Shown here piece by piece: positions 38,911-53,714 of a stretch of 64,000 nt of DNA. Numbering within the stretch: the first letter of the stretch is position 1; each line of letters begins with the position of its first letter. A program made the position numbers and the translations under genes. Under the pieces are notes generated by a model that was given only the letters and a program-made list of their open reading frames with translations, ran no database searches and was not told where the DNA came from. The DNA comes from Octopus sinensis (Eukaryota): positions 29,326,001-29,390,000 of the forward strand of contig NC_043009.1 of assembly GCF_006345805.1 (NCBI RefSeq). Direction: 5' to 3'.

Positions 38911-39119
38911 CACTCACACACATACATATACGTTATATCTATATATTTATAATTATACATAATACATTTATATATACATGTACACACACACATATATATA
39001 TATATGCATATATATGTCTCCACCCACACATATATACTTGTGTATGTAAGTATATATATATATATATATGGCTGTATAGATATATTATATATATGTATAT
39101 ATATATACACACACACACT

Positions 39120-39159
<40 letters not shown>

Positions 39160-39714
39160 GAAAGAGAGAAAGAGAGGGGGGAGAGAAGAGAGAGAGAGAG
39201 ACTTGCATATACACCTATGCATATATATTATATATACATATACACACATAATCTATCTGTAGATGTCCACATGCATCTTTCTGACTACATTCCTCTTCCA
39301 TGTTCCAACCTGATGAACTTTCAGAATTCCAGCATGTTCCGTAGAAGCATGTCTTGTCTCCCTTCCTTACTTTTCTCCCCTACTTTACTGCAGTCCTTTC
39401 TTATTGTTTTATCTTATTTCATCCTATCACACCTCCACCCCTTACCATTTCCTTCCAGCCACCTTAGATACCAGAACAATGCAAATAACTTCATTGTCTT
39501 CATACTGAATAATCAGTGAGCTGTCCCCAATTATATGGTATTGAAGTGTAAACCCCACGATGTATCTATTGATTACATGTGGCATAGGGCGCTGTTAGTG
39601 CAGTCTCGGATTTAATTAAATAACATGTCTTCTCAAGAAACTGCAGGAGCCTTGTTACAAAGCTAGAAACCCTCATTATTATCATTATTATTTTATTAGA
39701 GCATTGAAAAGCAT

Positions 39715-39919
39715 TGACTTGACAGAAGTGTTACCATACTGGGGAAAATGCAGCTTTTCATCTGCCTTTACATTCTGAGTTCAGATAGCACCAAGATCAA
39801 CTTTGCTTTTCTTTCTTTTAGGCTTGAGAAAGTAAGTTCCAATTGATCACTGGGGGTCAAGCAAATTGACATACTCAGCTCCTGAAATTGCTGGCCTTGT
39901 GCCAAAATTGGGCACTATT

Positions 39920-39956
<37 letters not shown>

Positions 39957-41170
39957 CCATCACCATCACCACCACCACCATCACCACCACCACCACCACC
40001 ACCACCATCACCATCACCATCATCATCATCATCATCATCATTATTATTATTATTATTGTCTTTGCACAGCTTCTAACGCTGAAGATGTACTATGGTGCCC
40101 GCTGTTCAATTCGAGTGAACTAAGGTAATACTGCTTATTTTTCAAGTGCCTTCTGGAGTATTCAAGCGGTTCCAAGCAGTGCTGTTTTCTACAAGTGCTC
40201 CATCCTTATTGCAGACCCTATTTGTTCCATATACATATTGCGGCCTCTATTCATTCCATTATTATTGTTATTATTGTTATTATTATTATTATTATTATTA
40301 TTAGTATTAGTATTAAGGTTGTGAGCTGGCAGGACTATTAGCACGCTGGATGGAATGCTTAGCGGTATTTCGCCCGTTGCTACGTTCTGAGTTCAAATCC
40401 TGCCAAGGTCAACTTTGCCTTTCATCCTTTCAGGGTTGATAAATTAAATACCAGGGAAACACTGGGGCCAATGTCATCAACTTAATCTCCTCCTGAAGCT
40501 GCCCTTGTGGCAAAAATTTTAAATCATTATTATTATTATTATGAAGGAGGTGAGCTGGCCAAATCGTTACTGCATCAGACAAAATGCTTAGCAGCAATTT
40601 CATCTGTCTTTATGTTCTGAGTTCAAATTCAGCTGGGGACAACTTTACCTTTCATCCATTTGGCTTTCATAAAATAAGTACCAGCTGAGCATCGTGGTCA
40701 ATTTTATTGACGTAATCCCCTGCCTCGAAATTGCTGGCATTGTACCATTATTACAAGGGTTTGGATTAGTTGTGTGTGTGTGTGTGCATGCATATGTACA
40801 GGCATATATATGCACATATATATCCCTTGCAGCGTTACTCATTTTTGCCAGCTGAGTGGCCTGGAGCAACATGAAATGAAGTGTTTTGCTCAAGAACACA
40901 ACACGTCACCTGGTCCAGGAATCGAAACCACAATCTTACAATCATGGTGCTGACATCCTAACCACTGAGCCACGTGCATCCATTGTGCCTAGAGTAGAAA
41001 TAATTATTTCATCTAGTTGTTTAGATTCTGAGTTCAAATCCTGCCAAGGTGAACTTTGTCTTTTTAATTTATTTGAGGTCAATGAAATAAAGTACCAGTC
41101 GTGTATTGGGGCCAATGGAATTGACTAACTCTTCCCCTTAACATTTCTGGCCTTGTGCTTTCATCAGAAA
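39715..41170 (+). mobile_element. Cluster of family B SINEs (39715-39915, 40316-40520, 40545-40750, 40985-41170) plus a minus-strand CORE-type SINE (40830-40980)
   Basis: Family B motifs as above; gtgttttgctcaagaacacaac...ggaatcgaaacc...ctaaccactgagccacgtgc is the reverse complement of a tRNA head. Confidence 0.75.
40055..40250 (-). mobile_element. Extreme 3' end of the same R4/Dong-like LINE
   Basis: Minus strand reads KTALLGTA*ILQKALEK* then 3' UTR ending ttagaagctgtgcaaagacaa(taa)n, matching the terminus of 32378-32915. Confidence 0.7.
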
Positions 41171-42307
41171 CAGTTATTGAGTGTTGATAGTGTAGAAGAT
41201 GTAACATGTTATATTGTTTGGTGGTGATTCTGTACAGGATATATCATTAGCTGGGTAACTGTATAACACAGTACGTATTGCATGAGCTGCCGGCGTTACA
41301 GTGTCAGATATCGATTATACAATCAGCACATATTTCACATAGTCTACAGCACAGACAAAACACTAAAATAACACCAGGAATACCAAAATAAATTCTGCAA
41401 ACAAAAGCGAAATTCCTTCTCAAGCTGTCTGACAGTTAACTTCCTGTTTCTTCCATCTTTTGTATCTTTGCTCTGTCTTTTTCTCTTTCTAATTGTCTGA
41501 TAGAAATATTTGACCCATTAACATCTGTGTGTTCTGTTTAAGAGAGACACTCTGAGTTTGAGCAATAATTTAAGGAAGTGTCAGCAAGCAGGAACTGTCA
41601 TTGGTCTTGAATTATGTCAAAACTGATCGCAATCAACTGTTTCTCAGGAAAACTTTCTTATAAAAGACGCCTTTAACGTATCCATTCTCCCTTCTCTTTC
41701 TTCATCGCTCATAGTTATATCTTCCATCACTTAATTAAAGAAATCTGAAGACAATCAACATCACCACCCACTCCAACCCAAATTCCCCACCATATGTCTC
41801 CAAGCAATTTAAACATACAGGAAATTCTACTTTTAAGCTCTCGATGAAGCATACCAAAATACAAATGTCATTCGAGTTTACTTATATAAATTGTATAAAG
41901 CTCTGATAATTGCGATGGTGTGGAGTCAGTTGACAAAATGCAAGGAATGGTGTCTGTAACTTATTAAAGATTCTTCTGTATTTCTCTCAATTAATTTAAT
42001 GCTTTTGGCAAAGGACGAAAAAACGTAATCATTTTACTGTTTCCTTCACACTTTCTACATCAAAGGTGACATTGCAAAGCAGTTAACATAATTCTTTAAA
42101 TTGTCATTTCTTTACAAGGTTAGAAATTATAATATAAACAACTATTTATTATTATTATTCATATCATTATTGTTGCTGTTGTTGCTATTCTTCTTTTCCT
42201 TCTTCTTCTTCTTCTTCTTCTTCTTCTTCTTCTTCTTCTCTTCTTCTTCTTCTTCTTCTCTTCTTCTTCTTCTTCTTCTTCTTCTTCTTCTTCTTCTTCT
42301 TCTTCTT

Positions 42308-42522
42308 CGCTGGCAGGATTGTTAGCACGTTGGGCAAGAAGCTTAGCACTATTTTGCCCATTGCTATGTTCTGAGTTCAAATTCCACCGAGATTGACTCT
42401 GCCTTTCATTCATTCTGCATCAATGAACTAAATACCAGTTGAGTACTGGAGACAATGTAATTGACTGTACTCCTCCCCAAAATATTCAGGCCTTGTGCCT
42501 ATAGTAGAAAGGATTATTATTA

Positions 42523-42568
<46 letters not shown>

Positions 42569-42569
42569 A

Positions 42570-42634
<65 letters not shown>

Positions 42635-42660
42635 TATTATTATTATTATCATTATCATCA

Positions 42661-42721
<61 letters not shown>

Positions 42722-42723
42722 CA

Positions 42724-42763
<40 letters not shown>

Positions 42764-43310
42764 CATTAATATTATTTTTTTTTTCTTCTTTCTTCAAATT
42801 TTCTTCCATTTCTTGCCAAGTGTTTTCCGTACACCTAGGGCAGAGAAGCTCATTGCATGCACTCCCAGATTACACACACAAATTCACAGGTAAAATATGT
42901 ATTTTAAAAATTAATAGATAAATAAATTCATGAATGGATGTTGTTTATTATTATTATTATTATTATTACAATTATTATTATCATTATCATTGAAGATGCT
43001 GTACAGTATCTAGTATATTGATGTTGAAGAGCCTGTGTGTACAGAGGATTTATGCTGTCTGTCAAATCATGTCAAGAACCTCAGACAGACTGCACTGGCA
43101 GCAAGTTGGCAGGGTTGTTGCTGCACCAGATGAAATGCTTAGCAGCATCTCTTCCAGCTCCTTATGTTCTGGGTTCAAATACTGCCAAGGCCGACTTTAC
43201 CTTACATGCTTCCAGGGTCGATAAAAACAGGGCAGATGAAGTACCTGAGGCAATTGGATTGGCGAATACCCTCCCCACTCAAAATTACTAGCCTTGTACC
43301 TATGCTAGAA
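42308..43310 (+). mobile_element. Family B SINE copies (42308-42512, 43085-43310) flanking long (ATT)n
   Basis: Family B motifs; (ATT)n at 42515-42770. Confidence 0.7.
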
Positions 43311-43777
43311 GTAATAATTATTGATATTATTATCATTATGGTAAAGAGCAATGAGATGTGTTAAGGTTTGGTACATTACGAGGCAAAATGTTTTATAACT
43401 TTATCTTCTGAATTCACATCATGGAGAGGTGTGAACATTGTTGGTAATCAAATTTATGTACACACATCCACACACACACACACACACACATATATATGTA
43501 TATATATGCACACACATAAATACACACACATGTACATCTAGAAATATATATCTGTATTTATACATGTATATGTGGTGTATGTGTGTGCATGTGTATGCAT
43601 CTCTTTCTATAAATATATATATATATATTTTTACATACAAATACATAAATATATTAACGTATCCTATATTGATATGCATCACTTTTCATTGCTATATTAA
43701 ATTTAATGTCTGCATATAGAGTTTGTGTGTTGTTACCCAGCAAATTGAAATGCACAACTAAGCATATACATGCATAC

Positions 43778-43828
<51 letters not shown>

Positions 43829-43944
43829 TAAATATGTGTGTGTGTGTATATACATAGATATATGCTCATATATATATACACAGACACACATGTGTATATA
43901 GATATATATCCCTATACATATACATAGATATGTAGACATAATCC

Positions 43945-43975
<31 letters not shown>

Positions 43976-44429
43976 CACACACATGTATATGTATGTCTAT
44001 ATTTATCTATATATCTGTCTATATATGTGTGTGTGTACATACATGTCTATATACACACACATATGTATATATATATACACACATGTATATGTACATGTAT
44101 GTATATATATACACACACACAAGGATTCAGACACATATGTATAGATACATACATGCATACATACATACGTACATATATATACATATATATATATGTTTAT
44201 GAATACTTTTTTGCATAGTTGTAAAAAACACCACACAAACCATTTTCATAAGGTTTTCCCAATTCCTGGACACCGCCACCACCAAATCACAGCTCCACCT
44301 CCATAACCATTAACATTACTATTATTACTATTATTATCAATTTATTATTATTATTAATATTATAATCTTATCATCTTTAGTCTTTGCTTCTCCACCCTTC
44401 CTGCTATCATATTTCATACATAAACACAT

Positions 44430-44900
44430 ACATGCATGACTGTATGTGTTTGTGTTTGTGTGTGTGTGTACGTGTATGTGTGTGTGAGTATGTATGTGTG
44501 TACTTGTATGTGTGTGTGCATCTGTATGTGTGTGTATACGTGTATGTGTGTTTGTGTGTATGTGTATCTGTGTGTGTGTGTATGTGTATATGTGTGTATG
44601 TGCATCTGTGTGTGTGTGTATTTGTGTGTACGTGTATGTGTGTGTGTATATGTGCATCTGTATGTATGTGCATCTCTACGTGTGTGTGCATGTGTTTGGG
44701 TGTTTGTGTGTATGTGTATCTGTGTGTTTGTATGTGTATATGTGTGTGCATATGCATCTGTGTGCGTGTGTGTGTGTGTGTTTCTGTGTATACGTATATG
44801 TATGTGTGTATATGTGCATCTGTGTGTGTGTGTGTATTCGTGCGTACGTGTATGTGTGTTTATATGTGCATCTGTGCATGTGCGTGTGTGTGCATGTGCA
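44430..44900. repeat. Cryptic (TG)n/(TGTA) microsatellite
   Basis: Direct inspection; source of the C/V-rich false ORFs. Confidence 0.95.
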
Positions 44901-45408
44901 TGTTATATTTATTCTGCTGTTCTTCTCTCTCTCCTCTCTCCTGAAAGTGAGTAAGAGAAGTTTTAGCAAAATAAAGGAGCTCCAAAGAGTAACAGCATCA
45001 TAAAAACAAGGGAAAGAGGCCTCCACAGTGTAAACAGATCTGCAATATTGCCTAATAAAGCTATAAGTTTGACCTTAGCTACTCAGACATGGATTCCCAT
45101 GTGGCTCCTACTGATTGATCATTGCAGTAAACAGCTGGAGCCGAGTGGAGCAGGGAGGAGCAGGGTGGAGCAGGAAGTAAGGGTGGGCTGTTGTGGAGAG
45201 GCTTGGTTTTAAATTTGCTTTTGATTTCATTTTTGTTTCTGTTTCGTTTTGATTTGTTTGTTGTTATCTGGAAGTAGAGGAAAGATGTTTTAACTTCCTT
45301 TAGTGTAGGAGTATTTTTTACGTTAAAAGCTACACCCACACACACACACATATTGACATGTATTATATATACACACACACATACTGCATATATATATATA
45401 TATAATAT

Positions 45409-45452
<44 letters not shown>

Positions 45453-46046
45453 GTATATATATATACACACACACACACATATACACAATATATATGTACA
45501 TACATATATATATAAGTATACATATATATATATATGCACACACACACCTATGCAAGGGTATCTTGAATATATATATATATATATATATGCATGTATATAT
45601 ATATATATGTGTGTATGTATGTATATATATGTGTGTGTATATATATATGTGTGTGTACATATGTGTATATATTTATATTCACACTCACACCGACTTGTAT
45701 TATTTTCTTAATAACCGTGTTAGTGTGTTTATGATTGTGTATGTATATATAAGAGTGTGTGTGTGTGTGTGTGTGTGTGTCTGTAGTCTCCGCTTCCACT
45801 GATGTTGGAACATCGAGGCTCTGTTATTTTACGTAGTAAGTAGGGTGTAATTACATCATGCAGCTAAGGTTCAACAACTTCAATAAATCTCTCATTATCT
45901 CTGTCCTGATATGTGTGTGTGCATGGATGTGTATGTGTTGGTGCTTCTTGTGCGTGTGTGCGTGTGTATATGTGTGTGCATGTGTGTGTCTATATACACA
46001 GACACATACACACACATGAATACATAATCCTCTTAGATATGTATAA

Positions 46047-46085
<39 letters not shown>

Positions 46086-46088
<3 letters not shown>

Positions 46089-46766
46089 TCATCATCATCA
46101 TCATCATCATCGTCGTTTAACGTCCGCTTTCCATGCTAGCATGGGTTGGACGGTTCAACTGGGGTCTGGGGAGCCCGAAGGCTGCACCAGGCCAGTCAGA
46201 TCTGGCAGTGTTTCTACAGCTGGATGCCCTTCCTAACGCCAACCACTCCGAGAGTGTAGTGGGTGATTTTATGTGCCACCGACACAGGTGCCAGACGAGG
46301 CTGGCGAACGGCCACGCTCGGATGGTGTTTTTATGTGCCACCGACACAGGTGCCAGACGAGGCTGGCGAACGGCCACGCTCGGATGGTGTATTTATGTGC
46401 CACCGACACAGGTGCCAGACGAGGCTGGCAGACGGCCACGCTCGGATGGTGTTTTTATGTGCCACCGACACAGGTGCCAGACGAGGCTGGCAGACGGCCA
46501 CGCTCGGACGGTGTTTGCGGTACTGGCTACGGTCCCGTTCAGATGGTTTTCTTATGTGCCACCGGCACTGGTACCACAAGGATACAAATTCCATTGATGT
46601 TCATCTATTTTGATTTGGTTTGACCTGATTCGATTTGACTTTGATTTGATTTGCCTCAACAGGTCTTCACAAGTGTCACAAGCAGGAAGGTATGCACAGG
46701 CGGACTGACTACGTCCAAGGTAGGGGCCACGGGTTATGGCTTCACTAGTCTTGCCGGGTCTTCTAA
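46086..46766 (-). mobile_element. Family C element with 4 x 62-bp units
   Basis: Near-identical to 17635-18400 but with one fewer unit and an internal deletion near 46510. Confidence 0.85.
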
Positions 46767-46843
46767 CGCACACATATATATGTGTGTGTGTATGTTTGTA
46801 TGTATATATATGTATGAATGTATATATGTATGTATGTATGTAC

Positions 46844-46874
<31 letters not shown>

Positions 46875-46880
46875 TGTATG

Positions 46881-46952
<72 letters not shown>

Positions 46953-48210
46953 CAGGTGTTGGACAAAATAATGGAAACACCTAGCATCATAATTTTGAAA
47001 TATTTATAAAACCATCAAAAGCTTGTTTATTTTTATGTTTTTCAATTTATTATTAGTGATGCTTAATATGTTTTACTAAAGTTGTTTCTTTTCAAATCAT
47101 CAGAGAAAGGTAATTAAAATTCATTCAAGTGATAGCTCTATCAGACTTTCAAATAGGTGAAATTGTTGGTGCTCGTATGGCAGGCACTAGCGTAATGGAA
47201 ACAGCCAAAATGTTTCGTGTATCAAGAAGGTTTGTCTTAAAAGTAGTGACAGCCTTTGAGAAAGAGGGAAAAACCTTCTCGTCGAAACAAAACTCCAGAA
47301 GAAAACCAAAACTTTCAGATAGGGACCATTGGACTCTTATATGAATTGTTAAAAACGATCACAAAAGTACAGCTCCCAAAATTACTGCAGAGCTTAATGT
47401 CCACCTCGAGATCCCAGTTTCTACAAAAGCCGTTTGCCGGGAGTTGCACAAAGCTGGATTTCATGGGAGGGCTGCAATCAGAAAACCACCACTTTCAAAA
47501 ACAAATGTTGCAAAGCATTTAGAGTGGAGTAAAAACCTACAGAATTGGTCCTTAGAGCATTGGAAGAATGTTATTTTCTTGGATGAATCCTTCTTTACCT
47601 TATTTTTGACCACTGGCTGAGTATACATGTGGAGACAGCCAAAAGAAGCATTTGACCCAGACTTCCTGCTTTCAACTGTTAAACACGGAGGAGGATCTGT
47701 AATGATCTGGCTATATCTTAGAAATCTGCCAGCCCAATGTTTTCCCTTTATGGCAGAATTAATAGGCCAGAATCTTTAAGCATTTTATCTGATGAAATTA
47801 TTCCTATGGTTGCGGAACTGTTTCTGGGGGGAAATGCAATCTTTCAGGATAATAACGCACCATTTCACATGGCTAAAGTTGTTACTGAATCGCACGAGGA
47901 ACATTCTAGTGAAGTTGAACATCTTATCTGGCTACCACACTCACCAGATCTCAATATTCATGAGAACATTTATGGTGCATTTTAGAAAAACAAGTAAGTA
48001 GTTGATATCCTCCACTATCATCATTATAAGAACTGGAAACTGTTTTACCTGAAGAATGGAAAAAACTTCATTTGGAAACAATTCAAACTTTGTACTAGTC
48101 CATACTTCATAGAATTCAAGCTGTATTTACAGCCAAAGGTGGTTCTACTCCATATTAAAATAAATTTGTTTGAAATTTTCAGATGTTTCCATTATTTTGT
48201 CCAACCCCTG
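46953..48210 (+). mobile_element. Near full-length Tc1-family (DD34E) DNA transposon, transposase pseudogenised
   Basis: TIRs caggtgttggacaaaataatggaaaca/tgtttccattattttgtccaacccctg (27 bp, 1 mismatch) with TA at both ends. Transposase ~47129-48150: LSDFQIGEIVGARMAG, RAAIRKP, WKNVIFLDES, TVKHGGGSVMIW, FQDNNAPFH, WLPHSPDLNIHEN; stops and frameshifts present. Confidence 0.95.
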
Positions 48211-48263
48211 TATATATTAAGTGATGATGATGTTGATGATAATAATAATAATAATAATAATAT

Positions 48264-48298
<35 letters not shown>

Positions 48299-48943
48299 CA
48301 ATCACAGACTGACACATATATTATTTTTTATTTGTTCACTTTTTCTCTCTCTCTCTCTCCTCTCTCTCTCTATATATATATATATATATGAAAGAAGGTT
48401 TGAAAATGCAATTTTAAAAGATGTTTATTTACTTGACCAGTTTCACTTTTTTAGAAAAAGATTGTCAAAAGTAACATGTAAAAGCTTGGTTGTGTTAGGT
48501 ACTGGTTGGCACCAAATATTATTACAATATATATATATATATATATATATACATTCTTTGATAATAATTAGAATATGTTAAGAACAGTTTACAAGGGAAA
48601 ATCTTGGGAAAATATAAAAAAGTTTAACAAGTTCATTAAATTATTGGACACAAAAGATTACAATATATATATACATTCTTAAGAAAATGTTAAAAACAGT
48701 TTCCAGAAAGATTTATTAAAAAGTTCAGAGGAATATTGGTATTGTATCTGTATATATATACACAGAAAATTATAAGTTCAAAAAGGTTACATTTTAGTAG
48801 TAGGGTATTTTTAACTGACCTGATTCACCATATTATTGTAAAAGACTACTTTAAATAAAAAATAGTAACGACAGACGAAATACCACTTAAGCATTTCGCC
48901 TAGCGCGCTAACATTTCTGCCAGCTCGCCGCCCTTTACTCATA

Positions 48944-49376
48944 AGCCCATAGATATAGTGACAGACAAAACTAAGCCCATAGATATAGTGACAGACAAAA
49001 CTAAGCCCATAGATATAGTGACAGACAAAACTAAGCCCATAGATATAGTGACAGACAAAACTAAGCCCATAGATATAGTGACAGACAAAACTAAGTCCAT
49101 AGATATAGTGACAGACAAAACTAAGCCCATAGATATAGTGACAGACAAAACTAAGCCCATAGATATAGTGACAGACAAAACTAAGCCCATAGATATAGTG
49201 ACAGACAAAACTAAGTCCATAGATATAGTGACAGACAAAACTAAGCCCATAGATATAGTGACAGACAAAACTAAGTCCATAGATATAGTGACAGACAAAA
49301 CTAATCCCATAGATATAGTGACATACAAAACTAAGTCCATAGATATAGTGACAGACAAAACTAAGTCCATAGATAT
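48944..49376. repeat. 30-bp minisatellite, ~14.4 units (second array 49629-49772, ~4.8 units)
   Basis: Unit agcccatagatatagtgacagacaaaacta with a C/T variant (aagccc/aagtcc). Each array directly follows a minus-strand family B SINE head. Confidence 0.95.
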
Positions 49377-49394
49377 ATATTTCTTTACTACCCA

Positions 49395-49612
49395 CAAGGG
49401 GCTAAACATAGAGGGGACAAACAAGGACAGACAAAGGGATTAAGTCGAGTACATAGACCCCAGTACGAAACTGGTACTTTATTTACTGACCCCAAAAGAA
49501 TGAAAGGCAAAGTCAACCTCGGTGGAATTTGAACTCAGAACGTAACGACAGACGAAATACCGCTAAGCATTTCGCCCAGCTCGCTAACGTTTCTGCCACC
49601 TTGCCGCCCTTT
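49395..49612 (-). mobile_element. Young family B SINE copy (second head at 48860-48935)
   Basis: Reverse complement of family B with CpGs retained (gacagacgaaataccgctaagcatttcgcc). Confidence 0.8.
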
Positions 49613-50725
49613 ACTCATAAAGCCTATAAGCCCATAGATATAGTGGCAGACAAAACTAAGCCCATAGATATAGCGGCAGACAAAACTAAGTCCATAGATT
49701 TAGTGACAGACAAAACTAAGCCCATAGATATAGTGACAGACAAAACTAAGCCCATAGATATAGTGACAGACCAAATGCAATTATAATGAAAATACCATTT
49801 AACATATAGACCTATGTATATGTGTGCAGGTATATATATCTTTGCTGTGTTGAGGTGCTGAAAAGGGTATTTCAAAAGGACTGGCTGGAGTCCCAAACTT
49901 CAGAGTTCTTTTACCATGCTTAGAAAAACTTGAGGACTACAGCAGTAAGAGTGTGAATCTGAGAGAGAAATAGGTTGAATGAAATCATAGGTAACTGATC
50001 TTTTTGTATTTTGTTTACCCAAAGCCAGGAACTTTCTAGCTCCCCCTTGTGTATGTCCTTCTTTTGAATTTGCTAATAGACGTGTGTGCATGTGTGTATA
50101 TTGGTGAGTACAGTTTTAAGCTTAATTGTGAATACACTCACATGCATGTGTTTGTGTATGTGCATGCATAGAAGCCCCAGATGGTAATGTCAAGAGGTTA
50201 CCAGACAACCTGTCTAAGCTTTAGTTAAGCTTCTATAACAGTTCAAACTATAATGCACTTGGGAGAGGCATGTAAGCCTTTCCTTGCATTTATCGTCCCA
50301 CTCAATGCAGTACAACGAATCATTCACTGATGGAAAGGTCGATTACCAAATGCCACACACATATATGACACATTTGGAACAAGGTCGAATTGATTGGTAC
50401 ACACACACACACATACAATTACACATACACACACACATATATACACACATGCCCACACATTACATAGACATAGACGCAAATGAATACAAACACTCATAGC
50501 TACATGCAGAGAGAGAGAAGGAGAGGGAGAGAGAGAGAGAAAGAAAGAGAGAGAAAGAGGGAGAGAGAAAGAGAGAGAAAGAGGGAGAGAGAAAGAGAGA
50601 AAGAGAAAGAAAGAGAGAGAGAGATACACATGTAAAAACCTGTGCATATAAACACATTTCTATAAACACGCACATATATGTACATCTGTATAAATATATA
50701 TATATATATATATATGTATGTATAT

Positions 50726-50774
<49 letters not shown>

Positions 50775-50877
50775 GCCACATTCATACTTATAATTATTCT
50801 TATATCTACAGACAGCAACACACATACACACAGATATATGTATATATATGTATATATGTATATATATATATATATAT

Positions 50878-50955
<78 letters not shown>

Positions 50956-51225
50956 ACATGCATATATTCGTATGTGTGTTTATATATCTGTGTACATATA
51001 TGCATATGTATGTATATATGTGTATATATTTATTTACTTATTCGTCTATATATGGTTAGATATCTAATATAAATACACATGTGCTTACACGCACGTATTT
51101 GCAAATGTGTATGAAAGCAGATTCACACATTTTTCAAATCCCTAAACGTAATGTCTCAGTACATAGAAATTTATGAAACATATACGCATAGATACACAAG
51201 CACAGGCACACATGTACACTGACAC

Positions 51226-51267
<42 letters not shown>

Positions 51268-51842
51268 ACATACACACATACACACATACACACACATGTA
51301 CTCTCACATGCATAAGTCATCCTGACACACATTCACTTAAAACATACGCACACGTACGTTCACACAGACAATTTGCTCAAGATATGATTATACTCATATG
51401 GCTTGAGTCAGCAGTGAAGTGGAGTGTGTGATAGATCGTATGTGGCATCCAGAAAATATTCAGGAAATATACTGGCTTCAACAAGGCTATTAGGTTTTAC
51501 AAAATATATTTAATGAAATGAAGGAAGTCATGCTTTTAATCTCGATAATGGCAAGAATTTTGCTTGACTTAACTGGATGCAGAGAAGATAACAGCAGAAT
51601 GCACTCTCTCTCTCTCTCTCTCTCTTTATCTCGCTCACTATTTCTCTGCTCATCTTTTTCTCTGTTCTTCCTTCTCTCTCCCCCCCTCTCTCTCTCTCCC
51701 TCCCTCTCTCTTTCTCTCTTTTTCTGCTCATCTCTTTCTCTCTTCTGCTCTCTCTCTCTCTCACATTTCCTCTGTCTCACTACATCCACTTATCTATCTA
51801 TCTATCTCACTCTCTCTCACTGTAATTGTAGATATATAATTG

Positions 51843-51913
<71 letters not shown>

Positions 51914-51949
51914 TATATGAATATATATATATATATATGTATATATATG

Positions 51950-51981
<32 letters not shown>

Positions 51982-52052
51982 CACACACACACATATATAT
52001 ACATATATATGTATGTATATATATATATATGTATGTATATATGTGTATATTC

Positions 52053-52087
<35 letters not shown>

Positions 52088-52659
52088 TATATATACTTAT
52101 GTATTCATACATACATGCACACATACTCACACACACACATATATATACATATATACCTATACACATATATTTACACATAGACATATATATGTATATACAT
52201 ATGTGTGTGTCTCTCTCTATATATATGTATATATACATAGCTAGATATAAATGAAGATATTTTGAAGATATTAATAAGATGCTATTTGAAGAATTTGATA
52301 ATTGCCAAGGCAATAAGAACACCTTGGTTTACATTACAAGATTTTGCAATCATCTCTACAGCGACATCTGGTGGGAAGTTAATATAGCTACTATTTCATT
52401 CATTCATGATTAATATGCAATAGTATCTGGCCTAAGAGAATTTAAATTACTGATTAGATTACATTAAATATCATGACATAAACTGTGCTCCAGTATGGCC
52501 TTACCCATTATGTCTGAAATAGACTAATGCTCTGATAATACTAATTTCCATATTGTTTCACTTTTCCCCTTTTTCGTCAGTGACACCTTGGAATTATTTA
52601 ACCCTGAGCCCATTCTTTATCTGCTGCCAGTATCTGTAGAATCGTGCAAGGCAGCAAGA

Positions 52660-53350
52660 GGGTAGAAGTGTTGGCATGCCCAGCAAAATGCTGAGTGGCA
52701 TTTCGTCCGTCTTTAAGTTCTGAGTTCAAATTCCACCAAGGTTGGCTTTGCCTTCCTTTAATCCTTTAGCGATTAGTAAAATAGGTGCTAGTGAAACACT
52801 GGGATTAATGTAATCGAATTATCCCCTCTTCTTGGCTTCATGCCAAAATTTGAAGCCAATATTCTGTAGAATCCTAATGGCAGTAAGCTGGCAGTATTGT
52901 TACAGCACTGGACAAAATGCTTAGATGCTTTTTTCTCTGACTTTACATTCTGAATTCAAATGCCACTGGGTTTAGAATTTGCTATTCATCCTTTTGGGAT
53001 CAGTAAAATAAGTACCAGTTAAACACTGGGACCAATGTAATTAACTTACTACTTACCCTGATGCCAAAATTTGAAAGCAATTTGTGTGTGGTAAGTAGAT
53101 TGCTTCCCAACCACATGGTTCTGAGTTCAGTCCCACTGTGTGTCATTTTGGGCAAGTGTCTTCTACAACAGCCTCAGGCTGACCAAAGTATTGTGGGTGG
53201 ATTTGGTAGGTGGAAACTGAAAGAAGCCCATCATATATATATATATATAGGAAAAAGAAGTCAAGGTAGAAAAAGCTAAAATAATTTTATCATAAAAATT
53301 ATTTTAGTACTTGTGTGTTCCTTTTTCAGCCTTCAACATATATGTATGTA

Positions 53351-53390
<40 letters not shown>

Positions 53391-53575
53391 GTGTCTGTGT
53401 TTGTTTTCCCACCATTGCTTGACACCAATATTGGTGTGTTTGTCTCTGAAAGTTAACAGTTCGGCAAAAGGGTGCAATAGAATAAGTACCAGGCTTACAA
53501 AGAATAAGTCCAGGGATCGATTTGTTCGACTAAAAGCGGTGCTCCAGCGAGGCTGTAGTAAAAGAGTAAAGAAGT
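52660..53575 (+). mobile_element. Two family B SINEs (52660-52860, 52880-53085) followed by a family A SINE (53085-53575)
   Basis: Family motifs as above. Confidence 0.75.
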
Positions 53576-53714
53576 GTTTACTTTTTATATTTCAGTCCTT
53601 CATACAAATCTTTCAGATGCCATATTTGGGACATGTTATGTGTACTGAATTCTGGAATCACTGGATTTTACAGATCTTCTAAAATATACCCTTATTCAGA
53701 CTACCCATTCTAGA

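Noticed and set aside
48811-49443. 161-194-aa repetitive ORFs (TDKTKPIDIV)n
   Set aside because: A 30-bp unit without stops is open in several frames by arithmetic, and the array derives from SINE sequence.
49855-49944. Possible 90-nt + strand exon GAEKGISKGLAGVPNFRVLLPCLEKLEDYS
   Set aside because: Weak acceptor, no recognisable homology, and equally open frames on the other strand.
52361-52374. CTCF-like motif CCACCAGATGTCGC (minus strand)
   Set aside because: A single 14-mer with a mismatch to consensus and no supporting context; could occur by chance in 64 kb.
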